From: Stellaceae bacterium
Lineage (GTDB): Bacteria > Pseudomonadota > Alphaproteobacteria > ATCC43930 > CGMCC-115725
Direction: 5' to 3'
Assembly: GCA_035648415.1 (NCBI GenBank)
Contig: DASRLO010000041.1
Span: forward strand, 20,966 to 84,965
DNA: 64,000 nt
Shown here: piece by piece, positions 8,638 through 17,965 of the stretch
Layout: the number at the start of each line of letters is the position of its first letter
Position numbering within the stretch: position 1 is the stretch's first letter
Notes under the pieces: model-generated
Seen by the model: only the letters and a program-made list of their open reading frames with translations
Databases searched by the model: none
What the model was told of the DNA's origin: nothing
Position numbers and translations under genes: made by a program

Positions 8638-9767
8638 TCGCCGTCTCTTTCAACAATGATTCGTCCGCTCGCCTCGATACGGAACAACTGGTCGTGCCAC
8701 GATACGGTGCGCCCGCAGAAGCTGCCGATAAACACCGCGAACGACAACAGGTCGCGCAGCGGCAGCAGCCATAATCCGGCGGTCGGCAGGCGCAATCTGT
8801 GGGCAATCGCCCCCGCCGACGCCCAGCGCAACAGGCAGGACATCGCGAGAAACCCGAGCGAGGTCAAGCTGAAACCGCAGGCGATGGCGGCGAGCGCCGC
8901 GATCGCCACGCCATGCGTGATGACGGAACCGGCAAAGCCGAGCGGCACCATCAACCGCACCGTGCGCGCCCAGCGCAATTCGTGCTGCCACAGGCATTTG
9001 AAACTGCGCTCGGAAACGGACGTTTCGACCACATAAGGCGACAACGCGATCGCAAAGCCAGCGGCGCGCACCGCGGCGCCGATGCGGTGGTCGTCGGCGA
9101 GCTCGTCGCGGACCACCGCGAGGCCGCCGATTTTTTCCAGCACCGCGCGGCGCAGCGCGATCGTCGCGCCGAAGCAGCCGCCGCCGGCGCGCAGCGCCTC
9201 GCCCAGCAAGGCGCTCGGCAGAAACCCGAAATTGATGTGCAGCGCGCCCAGCCGCGACCACAACCCGCCGGTCGGCAAGCCTCTGTAGAGGCAGGTGACC
9301 AGGCCGGTCGCCGGGTCGCGCAGCGGCGCCGTGACGGTCGCGAGGTAGTCGCGGCCGACGCGCATATCGCTGTCCGCGAAGACCAGGATGTCGTGTCGGG
9401 CCGCCGGCAGCATGTTGACGAGATTGGCGACCTTGAGGTTGCGGCCGCTGACGCGCGAATCGACGACAAGTTCGATATCGCATTCGGGATGATCGGCGAT
9501 CAGCGACCGCGCGATCGGCAGCGCGCCATCGGCGGGGCTGCGCACCCCAAAGACGATCTGCATCGCCGGATAGTCCTGCTCGACAAACGACCGCAGGTTC
9601 TCCGCGAGGTCGGGCTCAGCTCCGTAGAGCGGCTTCAAAACCGATACGGGCGGCTGCTCGCCGGCCAGGGCAGCGCGTCGCCGGGCGAACCGGATCGCGG
9701 CGATAACGGTTCCCAGAAGGTAGGTCCAGACCGGGACCAGCACGAGAGCGAGGACCACCAACATCAT
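8634..9767 (-). CDS. hpnI: Family-2 glycosyltransferase HpnI
   Basis: Lies in ORF 8634..9827. It has SVLKPLYGAEPDLAENLRSFVEQDYP and a DSD motif (VFADSDM), plus an N-terminal TM helix. ATGs at 9767 and 9764 are preferred over the GTG-less upstream extension. Confidence 0.85.
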   Translation of the reverse strand: MMLVVLALVLVPVWTYLLGTVIAAIRFARRRAALAGEQPPVSVLKPLYGAEPDLAENLRSFVEQDYPAMQIVFGVRSPADGALPIARSLIADHPECDIELVVDSRVSGRNLKVANLVNMLPAARHDILVFADSDMRVGRDYLATVTAPLRDPATGLVTCLYRGLPTGGLWSRLGALHINFGFLPSALLGEALRAGGGCFGATIALRRAVLEKIGGLAVVRDELADDHRIGAAVRAAGFAIALSPYVVETSVSERSFKCLWQHELRWARTVRLMVPLGFAGSVITHGVAIAALAAIACGFSLTSLGFLAMSCLLRWASAGAIAHRLRLPTAGLWLLPLRDLLSFAVFIGSFCGRTVSWHDQLFRIEASGRIIVERDGE

Positions 9768-9888
9768 GTAAAGCCACTCAATCCTAAACGCATCGCACCG
9801 CATAGTGTTTTGCGGTTGCGTTCGCAAACGGGATTGTCAACGATGCCGCCGCGGCACCACCAATCAGCCCGAGCCCCGAGCATTTTTT

Positions 9889-10998
9889 GTGAAATTTAAT
9901 CGATCCTCCCGGATTGCCGTTTGGGCTGCCGGAGCGGCCACACTCGCCAGTCTTTCCCTGAGCGGCTGCGCCGCGCCGCCGAGCGATCCCGCCGCGCGCG
10001 CCGCGTTCGAGCGGACCGGCGACCCGCTCGAGCCGCTCAATCGCAAAACGTTCGAGCTCAATCAGCTCCTCGACCGGCTGCTGCTGCGCCCCATCGCCAA
10101 AGCCTATGTCGTTGCCGTGCCGGACGATGCCCGCAAGGCCGTCCACCACGTGCTCGACAACATGAAGGAGCCGACCCTCTTCTTCAACAACCTGCTGCAG
10201 GGCGAATTCAAGCGCGCCGGCATCTCGCTTGGCCGGTTTGTCGTCAATTCGACGGTCGGGTTCGGCGGCATGGCCGACGCCATGACCTTGAGCGGCGTCG
10301 AGCGCCAACCCGCCGATTTCGGCCAGACGCTGTTCGTGTGGGGCGTGCCTTCCGGACCGTATCTGGTCCTGCCGGTCCTCGGTCCGACCAACCCGCGCGA
10401 CGCGATCGGCAGCACCGTCGATTCCTATGCCGACCCCTTCACGATTGTCGCCAACGACTACGGCGTGACCGAGCTGCTCACCAGCCGGTTACTCATCGGC
10501 GGCGTGGACGAACGCGCCGGCGTGCTCGACGAGCTCGACGATCTTGAGAAAAACTCGGTCGATTTTTATGCCGAGCTGCGCAGCCTGGCGCAGCAGCACC
10601 GGGATGCCGAACTGCGCCACGGCAAGGCTCCCGAGGCCGCTCCAGGACTTTACGACGACCCCAATCAACCCGCTCCCGCGCCGAGCCGGTCGCCCGCGGG
10701 CCCTCCGGCGAAATCGGGGGCGGGGACGAGCGGTCCGCGATCAAGCGACAGGGCGCCGTCCGCGACCCGTACCAATCCGCGGCCCTCGCCCCATCTGGCG
10801 GCGGCAAGGCTCGATGTGGCTGCAACCGCCGCGAGGCAAGCCGCGACGTTTATACCCGCGGCTGCTTCCGCGCCGAACCCATCTCCGCCGCGCCCCGAAC
10901 CAGAAGCGTCCGCCCCCGATGCCAAAGCGGCGGCGCAAATCGCCGCGTTCCTGCCGGATACCCGCGGCCTCGATTTCGCCGAGGGGCCGGCGCGCTGA
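9889..10998 (+). CDS. MlaA/VacJ-family outer-membrane lipoprotein with a long Pro/Ala-rich C-terminal tail
   Basis: Lies in ORF 9805..10998; the GTG at 9889 gives a signal peptide with lipobox LSLSGC. MlaA motifs are LEPLNRKTFELNQLLD, VNSTVGFGG and DFGQTLFVWGVPSGPYLVLPVLGPTNPRD. About the last 125 aa are low complexity. Confidence 0.85.
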   Translation: MKFNRSSRIAVWAAGAATLASLSLSGCAAPPSDPAARAAFERTGDPLEPLNRKTFELNQLLDRLLLRPIAKAYVVAVPDDARKAVHHVLDNMKEPTLFFNNLLQGEFKRAGISLGRFVVNSTVGFGGMADAMTLSGVERQPADFGQTLFVWGVPSGPYLVLPVLGPTNPRDAIGSTVDSYADPFTIVANDYGVTELLTSRLLIGGVDERAGVLDELDDLEKNSVDFYAELRSLAQQHRDAELRHGKAPEAAPGLYDDPNQPAPAPSRSPAGPPAKSGAGTSGPRSSDRAPSATRTNPRPSPHLAAARLDVAATAARQAATFIPAAASAPNPSPPRPEPEASAPDAKAAAQIAAFLPDTRGLDFAEGPAR

Positions 10999-11013
10999 CC
11001 GCCGATTCGCCGC

Positions 11014-11628
11014 TCAGCCGGTGTGCAACGCGGAAGTGCGCTGTTCGAGCAGCTTCACCAGCCCGTCCGCGCCGCTCTGCCGCATGACCCCCATAAACTC
11101 GGAACGGCGCGTCGCCAATTCGCTGATCGTCCCGCTCAGATAGATGTCGATGACTTGCCATGTCCCCGCGGCGGTTTGGCGCATCAGGTAATTGAGCGCC
11201 ACCTTGTCGCCGTCCGACTTGACCAGCGTCGTCTGCACCAGAGCCCCGTTGGGGTTGGCCGCCGGAGTCGGATCGACGTTGAAGCGTTCGCCGTTGTAGT
11301 CGTCGAAGCGGTTGGCGTAGACCGAGATCGTGTAGCGCGAGAAGGCGTCGGTCAGGGCCTGCTGCTGAGGCGGCTGGAGCTTGGTCCAGTCCGGGCCGAC
11401 CGACAGCCGGGTCATCAGGGGAAGGTTATAGGCCTGGGTGACCGCCGGAACGAGGCGCTGATAGCGCTGGTCGAAGGACAGGCGCTTTGCTTCTTTCATC
11501 ACCGACAGCAAAGCGTCGTAGAAATGCTGGATCACCGCGGGCGCTCCGGCATCGGCAGCCGAAGCCGGCCGCAGGGCCAGCGCCAGCGGCAGGGCAGATG
11601 ACAAAATCGTGCGTCTTGAAATCGGCAT
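11014..11628 (-). CDS. hpnM: MlaC/Ttg2D-like periplasmic lipid-binding protein HpnM
   Basis: 204 aa with a Tat/Sec-like leader (SRRTILSSALPLALALRPASA). The Ttg2D-like body includes FDQRYQRLVPAV and YANRFDDYNGERF. It lies in the hopanoid cluster. Confidence 0.8.
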   Translation of the reverse strand: MPISRRTILSSALPLALALRPASAADAGAPAVIQHFYDALLSVMKEAKRLSFDQRYQRLVPAVTQAYNLPLMTRLSVGPDWTKLQPPQQQALTDAFSRYTISVYANRFDDYNGERFNVDPTPAANPNGALVQTTLVKSDGDKVALNYLMRQTAAGTWQVIDIYLSGTISELATRRSEFMGVMRQSGADGLVKLLEQRTSALHTG

Positions 11629-11800
11629 GGGCGCTCGTCAGTTAATCTTCGGTATGCGGTAGTGATAGCAAAATCGGCCGCCGGACGGCGACCAAAAGCA
11701 TGCCCTCCTCGCGTGATTTGCATAGGAGTGCCGCCGGTGATTGCGCGGAAGGCGTCAGTATGGCAGGGATAACGGCGAACGGCCGGAGTAGCGAGACCCG

Positions 11801-12757
11801 ATGATCCGAGTAGTCCTGGCCCAGCCTCGCGGGTTTTGCGCCGGCGTCGAGCGCGCGATCGAGATCGTCGAGCGCGCGATCGAGAAGTACGGGCCGCCGA
11901 TCTACGTCCGCCACGAGATCGTGCACAACCGGCACGTCGTCGAGCGGCTGCGCGCCAAGGGTGCGCGGTTCGTCGACGAGATCGACGAGATTCCGCCGGG
12001 CGCGGTGACGATCTTCAGCGCGCACGGCGTCGCCAGCGCGATCGAGACGCGCGCCGGCGAGCGCGGCCTGCCGGTCATCGACGCGACCTGCCCGCTGGTC
12101 TCGAAAGTGCACATCGAAGGCCAGCGCTATGCCAACCAGGGGCGCGAGATCATCCTGATCGGCCATGCCGGACATCCCGAGATCGAAGGTACGATGGGCC
12201 GCATCACCGGCAAGGTGCATCTGATCTCGCGGCCTGAAGAGGTCGCCGCGCTCAAGGTCGGCAACCCCGAGAAACTCGCCTTCATCACCCAGACGACCCT
12301 CTCGGTCGACGACACCCGCGCCGTCATCGAGGCGCTGAAGGCGCGGTTTCCGGGAATCGTCGGCCCCGACACCAAGGACATCTGTTACGCGACCCAGAAC
12401 CGTCAGCGCGCGACGCTGGAGCTGGCGAAGATCGTCGAAATGGTGCTGGTGGTCGGCGCGCCGAACAGCTCGAACTCGAACCGCCTGCGCGAAATCGCCG
12501 CCGAGTTCGGCGTGCCGAGCTATCTGATCGAGGACGCGAAAGCGCTCGACCCGCGCTGGCTCGAAGGCGTCTCGGCGGTCGGCATCACCGCCGGCGCCTC
12601 GGCCCCCGACGAGCTCGTCGACGACCTCGTCGAGCGGTTGCGCCAGATGGACGAGATCGAAATTCAGCGGCTTTCCGGCGTCACCGAGAATGTCCGCTTC
12701 CGCATGCCCTCGCAGCTCGCCGAGCCGCCCCTGGAGCCTTTGGGCGCCGGCGACTGA
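11801..12757 (+). CDS. ispH: 4-hydroxy-3-methylbut-2-enyl diphosphate reductase
   Basis: 318 aa. Motifs are [29 protein letters not shown] and the NSSNSNRL motif. Confidence 0.95.
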   Translation: MIRVVLAQPRGFCAGVERAIEIVERAIEKYGPPIYVRHEIVHNRHVVERLRAKGARFVDEIDEIPPGAVTIFSAHGVASAIETRAGERGLPVIDATCPLVSKVHIEGQRYANQGREIILIGHAGHPEIEGTMGRITGKVHLISRPEEVAALKVGNPEKLAFITQTTLSVDDTRAVIEALKARFPGIVGPDTKDICYATQNRQRATLELAKIVEMVLVVGAPNSSNSNRLREIAAEFGVPSYLIEDAKALDPRWLEGVSAVGITAGASAPDELVDDLVERLRQMDEIEIQRLSGVTENVRFRMPSQLAEPPLEPLGAGD

Positions 12758-12783
12758 CCGTTTTTCTCAATCGGGGACTCAAT

Positions 12784-13956
12784 TTGTCGATACCCATGCA
12801 CCAAGCGCTGCGCGTCGGCGCCTATGTCGTCGGCCAGCACCTGCGCGGCGTCAAACGCTACCCGCTCGTCCTGATGCTCGAGCCGCTGTTCCGCTGCAAC
12901 CTCGCCTGCGCCGGCTGCGGCAAGATCGACTATCCCGATGCCATCCTCAACCAGCGCCTCTCGGTCGCCCAATGCCTCGAGGCGGTCGACGAGTGCGGCG
13001 CGCCGGTGGTCGTGGTGGCGGGCGGCGAACCGCTGCTCCACCGCGAGATCGAGCAGATCGTCGAGGGCATCATCGCCCGCAAGAAATACGTCTACCTGTG
13101 CACCAACGCGCTGCTGCTCGAAAAGAAGATCGACCTGTTCAAGCCGAACCCCTATTTCGCCTGGACCGTCCATCTCGACGGCGGCAAGGACGACCACGAC
13201 CGCTCGGTCTGCCTCGACGGGGTCTACGACAAGGCGGTCGAGGCGCTGCGCCTCGCCAAATCGCGCGGGTTTCGCGTCAACATCAACGCGACGCTGTTCG
13301 ACAATGCCGAACCGGAGCGGATGGCCGCGTTCTTCGACGCGGTCACCGAGATGGGGATCGACGGCATCACCGTGTCGCCGGGCTACGCCTACGAGCGCGC
13401 GCCCGACCAGGAGCATTTCCTCAACCGCCGGCGCACCAAGGAACTGTTCCGCGACATCTTCCGGCGCGACCCGAAGAAATCCGGCGGGCCGGGCTGGGCG
13501 TTCAACCAGTCGAGCCTCTTCCTCGACTTCCTCGCCGGCAACCAGACCTATCACTGCACGCCGTGGGGCAACCCGTGCCGCAATTATTTCGGCTGGCAGC
13601 GACCGTGCTACCTGCTCGGCGAGGGCTACGCCAACAGCTTCAAGGAGCTGATGGCGGAAACCGACTGGGATTCATACGGCACCGGCAATTACGAGAAATG
13701 CGCCGACTGCATGGTGCATAGCGGCTACGAGGCGACCGCCGTGATGGATTCGGTGCGCAAGCCGTGGAAGGCCGCCGCGGTCGCGCTGCGCGGCATCAGG
13801 ACCGAGGGCGAGATGGCGCCCGACATTGCGCTCGACCGCCAGCGCCCGGCGCAATACGTCTTCTCCGGCCATGTCGAGCAGGCGATGGCGAAGCTAAACG
13901 CCGGCAAGAATGCGGCTGCCAAGAACCCGGTTGAGCGCGTGAGCGGGGCCGACTAG
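12784..13956 (+). CDS. hpnH: Radical SAM adenosylhopane synthase HpnH
   Basis: 390 aa. The radical SAM motif is CNLACAGCGKIDYP, with a conserved C-terminal CTPWGNPCRNYFGWQRPCYL. It has a TTG start; the alternative ATG is at 12796. Confidence 0.9.
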   Translation: MSIPMHQALRVGAYVVGQHLRGVKRYPLVLMLEPLFRCNLACAGCGKIDYPDAILNQRLSVAQCLEAVDECGAPVVVVAGGEPLLHREIEQIVEGIIARKKYVYLCTNALLLEKKIDLFKPNPYFAWTVHLDGGKDDHDRSVCLDGVYDKAVEALRLAKSRGFRVNINATLFDNAEPERMAAFFDAVTEMGIDGITVSPGYAYERAPDQEHFLNRRRTKELFRDIFRRDPKKSGGPGWAFNQSSLFLDFLAGNQTYHCTPWGNPCRNYFGWQRPCYLLGEGYANSFKELMAETDWDSYGTGNYEKCADCMVHSGYEATAVMDSVRKPWKAAAVALRGIRTEGEMAPDIALDRQRPAQYVFSGHVEQAMAKLNAGKNAAAKNPVERVSGAD

Positions 13957-14580
13957 CGCCGCCAGCGCCTGGCGCGCCTCGCGCGCGACGGCGAAGAGCG
14001 TCGGCAGCTGCTGCGGCCGGCGCATCACCGAGGCCAGCACTTGCCGCAACGCCGGCCTGCCGTCGTCGTCGAGCGGCACCAGCGCCGCCGGCGGCAGCTC
14101 GCGCGACGCCGGGTCGGCGATCGCGCGCAACACCACAAAGGGAATGCCGAGCGCCGCCGAGGCGCGCGCGACGACGACGCTTTCGAGGTCGACCGCGATC
14201 GCGCCGGTCTGTAGCCAGGCGCGGCGCTTGTCGGTCTTGCTCGCGACCACCATTTGCGCGCCGAGCACGGGACCCTCGCAGGCGCCCAGCTCCCGCGCCA
14301 GATCGGCGATCTGCGGCCGCAATCTTTCGCTGCTCAGCCAGCGCCGGTCCTCGTCGACCACCTCGGTCGACAGGACGATGTCGCCCGGCTTGAGGTCCGG
14401 CGCCAGCGCGCCGGCGATGCCGAAGCTGACCAGGCATTCCGCCCGCGCCGCGGCCTCCTCGACGACGGCGATCGTGCGGCGATGATCGCCGGCGCCGACC
14501 ACGGCCAAGAGGCCGGCACGGCGCGCGATTTTCGCCTCGGCCGCGAGGCCGGTCGTGCAGAGCACCGTGTAGGACAACAA
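13894..14580 (-). CDS. hpnG: Hopanoid-associated phosphorylase/nucleosidase HpnG
   Basis: 228 aa with a PNP/UDP-phosphorylase-like fold (GLAAEAKIA, VSFGIAGALAP, AVDLES). It has a TTG start, and its 3' end overlaps the hpnH 3' end by 63 nt. Confidence 0.8.
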   Translation of the reverse strand: MLSYTVLCTTGLAAEAKIARRAGLLAVVGAGDHRRTIAVVEEAAARAECLVSFGIAGALAPDLKPGDIVLSTEVVDEDRRWLSSERLRPQIADLARELGACEGPVLGAQMVVASKTDKRRAWLQTGAIAVDLESVVVARASAALGIPFVVLRAIADPASRELPPAALVPLDDDGRPALRQVLASVMRRPQQLPTLFAVAREARQALAALVGPAHALNRVLGSRILAGV

Positions 14581-14697
14581 GCCACCCCTCAGCGCAGGAT
14601 TTTATTCTGACGGATCATTCTCTTACGCGACATGGGCGAATTTCGCCAGCGCCAATTCGACGCTGCCGCGCCACGCGAATCATGGCTGCCGTCCGGC

Positions 14698-16644
14698 TCA
14701 GATGCCGAACGCGACACGCGGCGAATTGGCTTGCCGCAAGCGGCGGTAGCGGGCGAGCGCCCACAGCGGAAAATAGGCCCGGTAGCCGTGGTAGCGCAGG
14801 TAGAACACCTTGGGAAAGCCGATCGCGGTGTACCAGGCTTCGTCCCAGGCGCCGTCCGGGCTTTGGTTCGCGATCAGGTAGTCGATGCCGTGCGCGACCG
14901 CGGGATGCGCGACCTCGCCTGCCGCCATCAGCGCGAGCACCGCCCAGGCGGTCTGCGAGGCGGTGCTGTAGTCTGCCGCGCCGTGCGACGCGCCGTCCTC
15001 GTAGCTGGCGCCGCTTTCGCCCCAACCGCCGTCCCCGCGCTGGCGGCCAAGCAGCCAGGCGACGGCGCGGCGGATCTCGGGCGATCGCGGGCTCACCCCG
15101 GCGGCGTTGAGCGCCGCCAGCACCGACCAGGTGCCGTAGACGTAATTGGTGCCCCAGCGGCCGAACCAGCTCCCATCCGGCTCCTGCTCGCGTCTGAGAT
15201 AGGCGAGCGCCTTCGCCATCACCGGATGGTCGGGTTCGTAGCCGAACTGCGCGAGAAAACCGAGGCAACGCGCCGAGACGTCGGCGGTCGGCGGGTCGAG
15301 CAGCGCACCATGGTCGGCGAACGGGATATGGTTGAGGTAGTATTGCGTGTTGTCGGCGTCGAACGCGCCCCAGCCGCCATTCTTGCTTTGCATGCCGACG
15401 ATCCACTCGGCGGTGCGTTCGAGCGCCATGCGATAGCGATCCGTATCGAACCGGTCGAGCGCCAGGCCCGCCGCCGCGGTGTCGTCGACATCGGGGTAAT
15501 GCGGGTTCTCGTACTGGAACGCCCAGCCGCCCGGCCGCAGGCCCGGCCGCCGCGCGGCCCAGTCCCCGACGATGTCGAGCACTTGCTTGCCGGCGATCCA
15601 ATCGAAGGCGCGCCGCAGCGCCGGTGCGGTCTCCTCGCCGACATCCATCAACGCGTGCCCGGCCAGCACCGTATCCCATACCGGCGACAGGCAGGGCTGG
15701 CAGTAGCTCTGCCCTTCGCCGCGCGCCAGCAGCTTCCGCACCGCGCCGAGCGCGGTCCGGCAATGCGGGTGGTCCAGCGGGTAGCCGAGCGAAAGATACA
15801 TCAACAACGAATTGGCCATCGCCGGGAAAATGCCGCCGAGCCCGTCCTCGCCATTGAGCCGCTCGGTGACGAAGTCGACCGCCCGGGCGATCGCGCGGTC
15901 GCGCAGATATTGCGGAAAGGTTGGCTCGAGCGCCCGCAACACGCGATCGAGAACGGCAAAGCTGCGGCCCATCATCGACGGCGTCGCCGGCGTGATCCAG
16001 TCCCGGACGGCTTCGGGCGGCTCGACGAACAGCTCGGCGATGGTCACCCCGCGCGGGTTCTTGGCCCGAGGCCGCTTCGCCGTCAGCACGAGAAACGGGA
16101 TCAGCACCGTGCGCGACCAGTACGACACCTTGTCGAGGTGAAACGGGAACCAGCGCGGCAGCAGCATGATCTCGACCGGCATCACCGGCACGGCCCGCCA
16201 CGGCACTTGGCCCCACAGCGCCAGGAGGATACGGGTGAAGACGCTGCTGCGCGCGGCGCCGCCGGCGCGAAGGATGGCCTCGCGGGCGCGGGCCATATGC
16301 GGCGCGTCGGCCGGGTCGCCGACCGCCTTCAGCGCGAAATACGCCTTGACCGAGTTACTGAGGTCGAAGCCGCCGCCATAATACAGCGACCAGCCGCCAT
16401 GTGCCCCCTGGGTCGCGCGCAGGTAGCGCGCGATGTCCTGCTCCAGTTCGACATCGATCGTGTCGAGATAGTGCTGCAATAGAATGTATTCGGACGAGAT
16501 CGTCGCATCGGCCTCGAGCTCGAAGACCCAATGCCCGTCCTCATGCTGGCGCGACAGCAGCCACTGCGCCGCCCGCGCCACCGCGCTGTCGAGCGAGACG
16601 AGCCTTGTCTCGGCTGGCGGCATCGGCATCGAATCGGGTGGCAT
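14698..16644 (-). CDS. shc: Squalene-hopene cyclase
   Basis: This is the C-terminal 648 aa of ORF 14698..17577. The protein starts MPPDSMPMPPAETRLVSLDSAV. It has QW repeats (QHEDGHW, GGW), the catalytic DVDDTA motif, and GGWGES near the C-terminus. Confidence 0.93.
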   Translation of the reverse strand: MPPDSMPMPPAETRLVSLDSAVARAAQWLLSRQHEDGHWVFELEADATISSEYILLQHYLDTIDVELEQDIARYLRATQGAHGGWSLYYGGGFDLSNSVKAYFALKAVGDPADAPHMARAREAILRAGGAARSSVFTRILLALWGQVPWRAVPVMPVEIMLLPRWFPFHLDKVSYWSRTVLIPFLVLTAKRPRAKNPRGVTIAELFVEPPEAVRDWITPATPSMMGRSFAVLDRVLRALEPTFPQYLRDRAIARAVDFVTERLNGEDGLGGIFPAMANSLLMYLSLGYPLDHPHCRTALGAVRKLLARGEGQSYCQPCLSPVWDTVLAGHALMDVGEETAPALRRAFDWIAGKQVLDIVGDWAARRPGLRPGGWAFQYENPHYPDVDDTAAAGLALDRFDTDRYRMALERTAEWIVGMQSKNGGWGAFDADNTQYYLNHIPFADHGALLDPPTADVSARCLGFLAQFGYEPDHPVMAKALAYLRREQEPDGSWFGRWGTNYVYGTWSVLAALNAAGVSPRSPEIRRAVAWLLGRQRGDGGWGESGASYEDGASHGAADYSTASQTAWAVLALMAAGEVAHPAVAHGIDYLIANQSPDGAWDEAWYTAIGFPKVFYLRYHGYRAYFPLWALARYRRLRQANSPRVAFGI

Positions 16645-17965
16645 CGCTCCGCTCTGCGCTAAATTGGTCAGCCCGCCCGGCGGTAACGCGGGCGCCGGGA
16701 AGCCGGGCGCCCAGCGACGTGGCGACCGCCTCGGCCGCGGCGAGCCCGGAGCGAATAGCGCCTTCAATCGTGGCCGGCAACCCGGTATCGACATAATCGC
16801 CGGCAAGTAGCAGGTTGTTCCACCGCGTCGCAGGCCCGGGCCGCCGCCGGAGCTGCGCCGGCGTGGCGCGAAACGTGGCGCGCCGTTCCTTGACGATGCG
16901 GCAGGGCGGCGTCGGCTGTGGCGGCAGCCCGAACGCCGCGGCGACATCGCGCCAGAGGATGTCGCCCAGCTCCCCGGCCGGCCAGTCGACGATACGGTCG
17001 GCGGCGCTGACCGTGACCGAAACCACGCCGTGCTTCCGGAACACCCATTCGGCGGCGCCGCCGACGAGCCCGGCGAAGAGCGGCATGCCGGCGGGCGGCG
17101 CGATGCGGTAATGCGCGTTGACGATCGGCGCGTGGTCGTCGGGCACCGTGAGGTCTGGCACCAGCCGCGCCGCGACCGGGGCCGGCACCGCGAGCACGAC
17201 CTGGTCGCGGTCGCCGATATCGACCAGGCCATTGTCGAAGTTGAGCTCGTCGGCGCGCCTGCCGTGGAAGTGGATCGCGCGCAGCCGCGCCGCGAAGCGC
17301 AGTTGGGCGCCGCTCGCGCGCAGCATCGCCAGCGCCGGATCGACAAAACTTTCCGACAGCCCCTCGCGCGGCACCAGCGGCCGGCACGCCGCGGCGCCGC
17401 GCCCCAGCGTCTCCCGCAAAATCCGCCAGAACAGGATCGCCGAACCCGCCTCGGCGCTGGTGTTGAGCGCGGCGACCGCGACCGGCTGCCACAACCGGCG
17501 ATAGAGCAGGCCAGCGGGGTCGAGCCGGCCGGCGATCGTGTCCTCGGGGCCGGCATCGCGCAGGCGCCGCGCCGCAAGGTAGTCGCGCGCGCGGCTGCCC
17601 GGCACGCGGCGGCCGGGCATCAGCATCCACCACGGTAGCGCGCCGCGATTGGGCCGCAGGGTCCAGCGCTCGCCGCTGGCGAGATCGACGAAGGGAACCG
17701 CCGCCGCGCCCGGCCCCTCGAAGGTGGCGAGCGCGTCGATCAGCCCGAGATAGGTCATCGCCGACTGGTTGCCGGCGAGCAGCAGGTGGTTGCCGTTGTC
17801 GATCCGGACGCCGAGATCGCCGTCGAGATAGGAGCGGCAGCGGCCGCCGGCGTGCTCGGCGCTCTCGTAGAGCGTGACCCGGCGCCCGGCATGGGCGAGC
17901 GCTACGGCGGCCGCCAGCCCGGCCAGCCCGGCGCCGACGACATGCACCTGACCGGGGGCGGTCAT
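16541..17965 (-). CDS. hpnE: FAD-dependent hydroxysqualene oxidoreductase HpnE
   Basis: This is the in-frame part of ORF 16541..18736, beginning MTAPGQVHVVGAGLAGLAAA (dinucleotide-binding GxGxxG). Its ATG at 17965 overlaps the hpnD stop (ATGA). Its 3' tail overlaps the shc start by 104 nt. Confidence 0.88.
   Translation of the reverse strand: MTAPGQVHVVGAGLAGLAAAVALAHAGRRVTLYESAEHAGGRCRSYLDGDLGVRIDNGNHLLLAGNQSAMTYLGLIDALATFEGPGAAAVPFVDLASGERWTLRPNRGALPWWMLMPGRRVPGSRARDYLAARRLRDAGPEDTIAGRLDPAGLLYRRLWQPVAVAALNTSAEAGSAILFWRILRETLGRGAAACRPLVPREGLSESFVDPALAMLRASGAQLRFAARLRAIHFHGRRADELNFDNGLVDIGDRDQVVLAVPAPVAARLVPDLTVPDDHAPIVNAHYRIAPPAGMPLFAGLVGGAAEWVFRKHGVVSVTVSAADRIVDWPAGELGDILWRDVAAAFGLPPQPTPPCRIVKERRATFRATPAQLRRRPGPATRWNNLLLAGDYVDTGLPATIEGAIRSGLAAAEAVATSLGARLPGARVTAGRADQFSAERSDATRFDADAASRDKARLARQRGGAGGAVAAVAPA

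Noticed and set aside
10650-10998. Repetitive Pro/Ala-coding stretches (also 59750-59980 and 60540-60610), considered as possible CRISPR or other non-coding arrays.
   Set aside because: There are no regularly spaced identical repeats with unique spacers. The stretches are in frame within clear genes. No CRISPR array is present in the window.
16636-16652. Sigma-54-type TGGCA-N-GC motifs, for example tggcatcgctccgc near 16639, tggcaccgtgtctgtt near 1383, and gggataatttgca near 54920.
   Set aside because: The GG-to-GC spacing is off by one or more in each case. Two of the three lie inside coding regions and point antisense.
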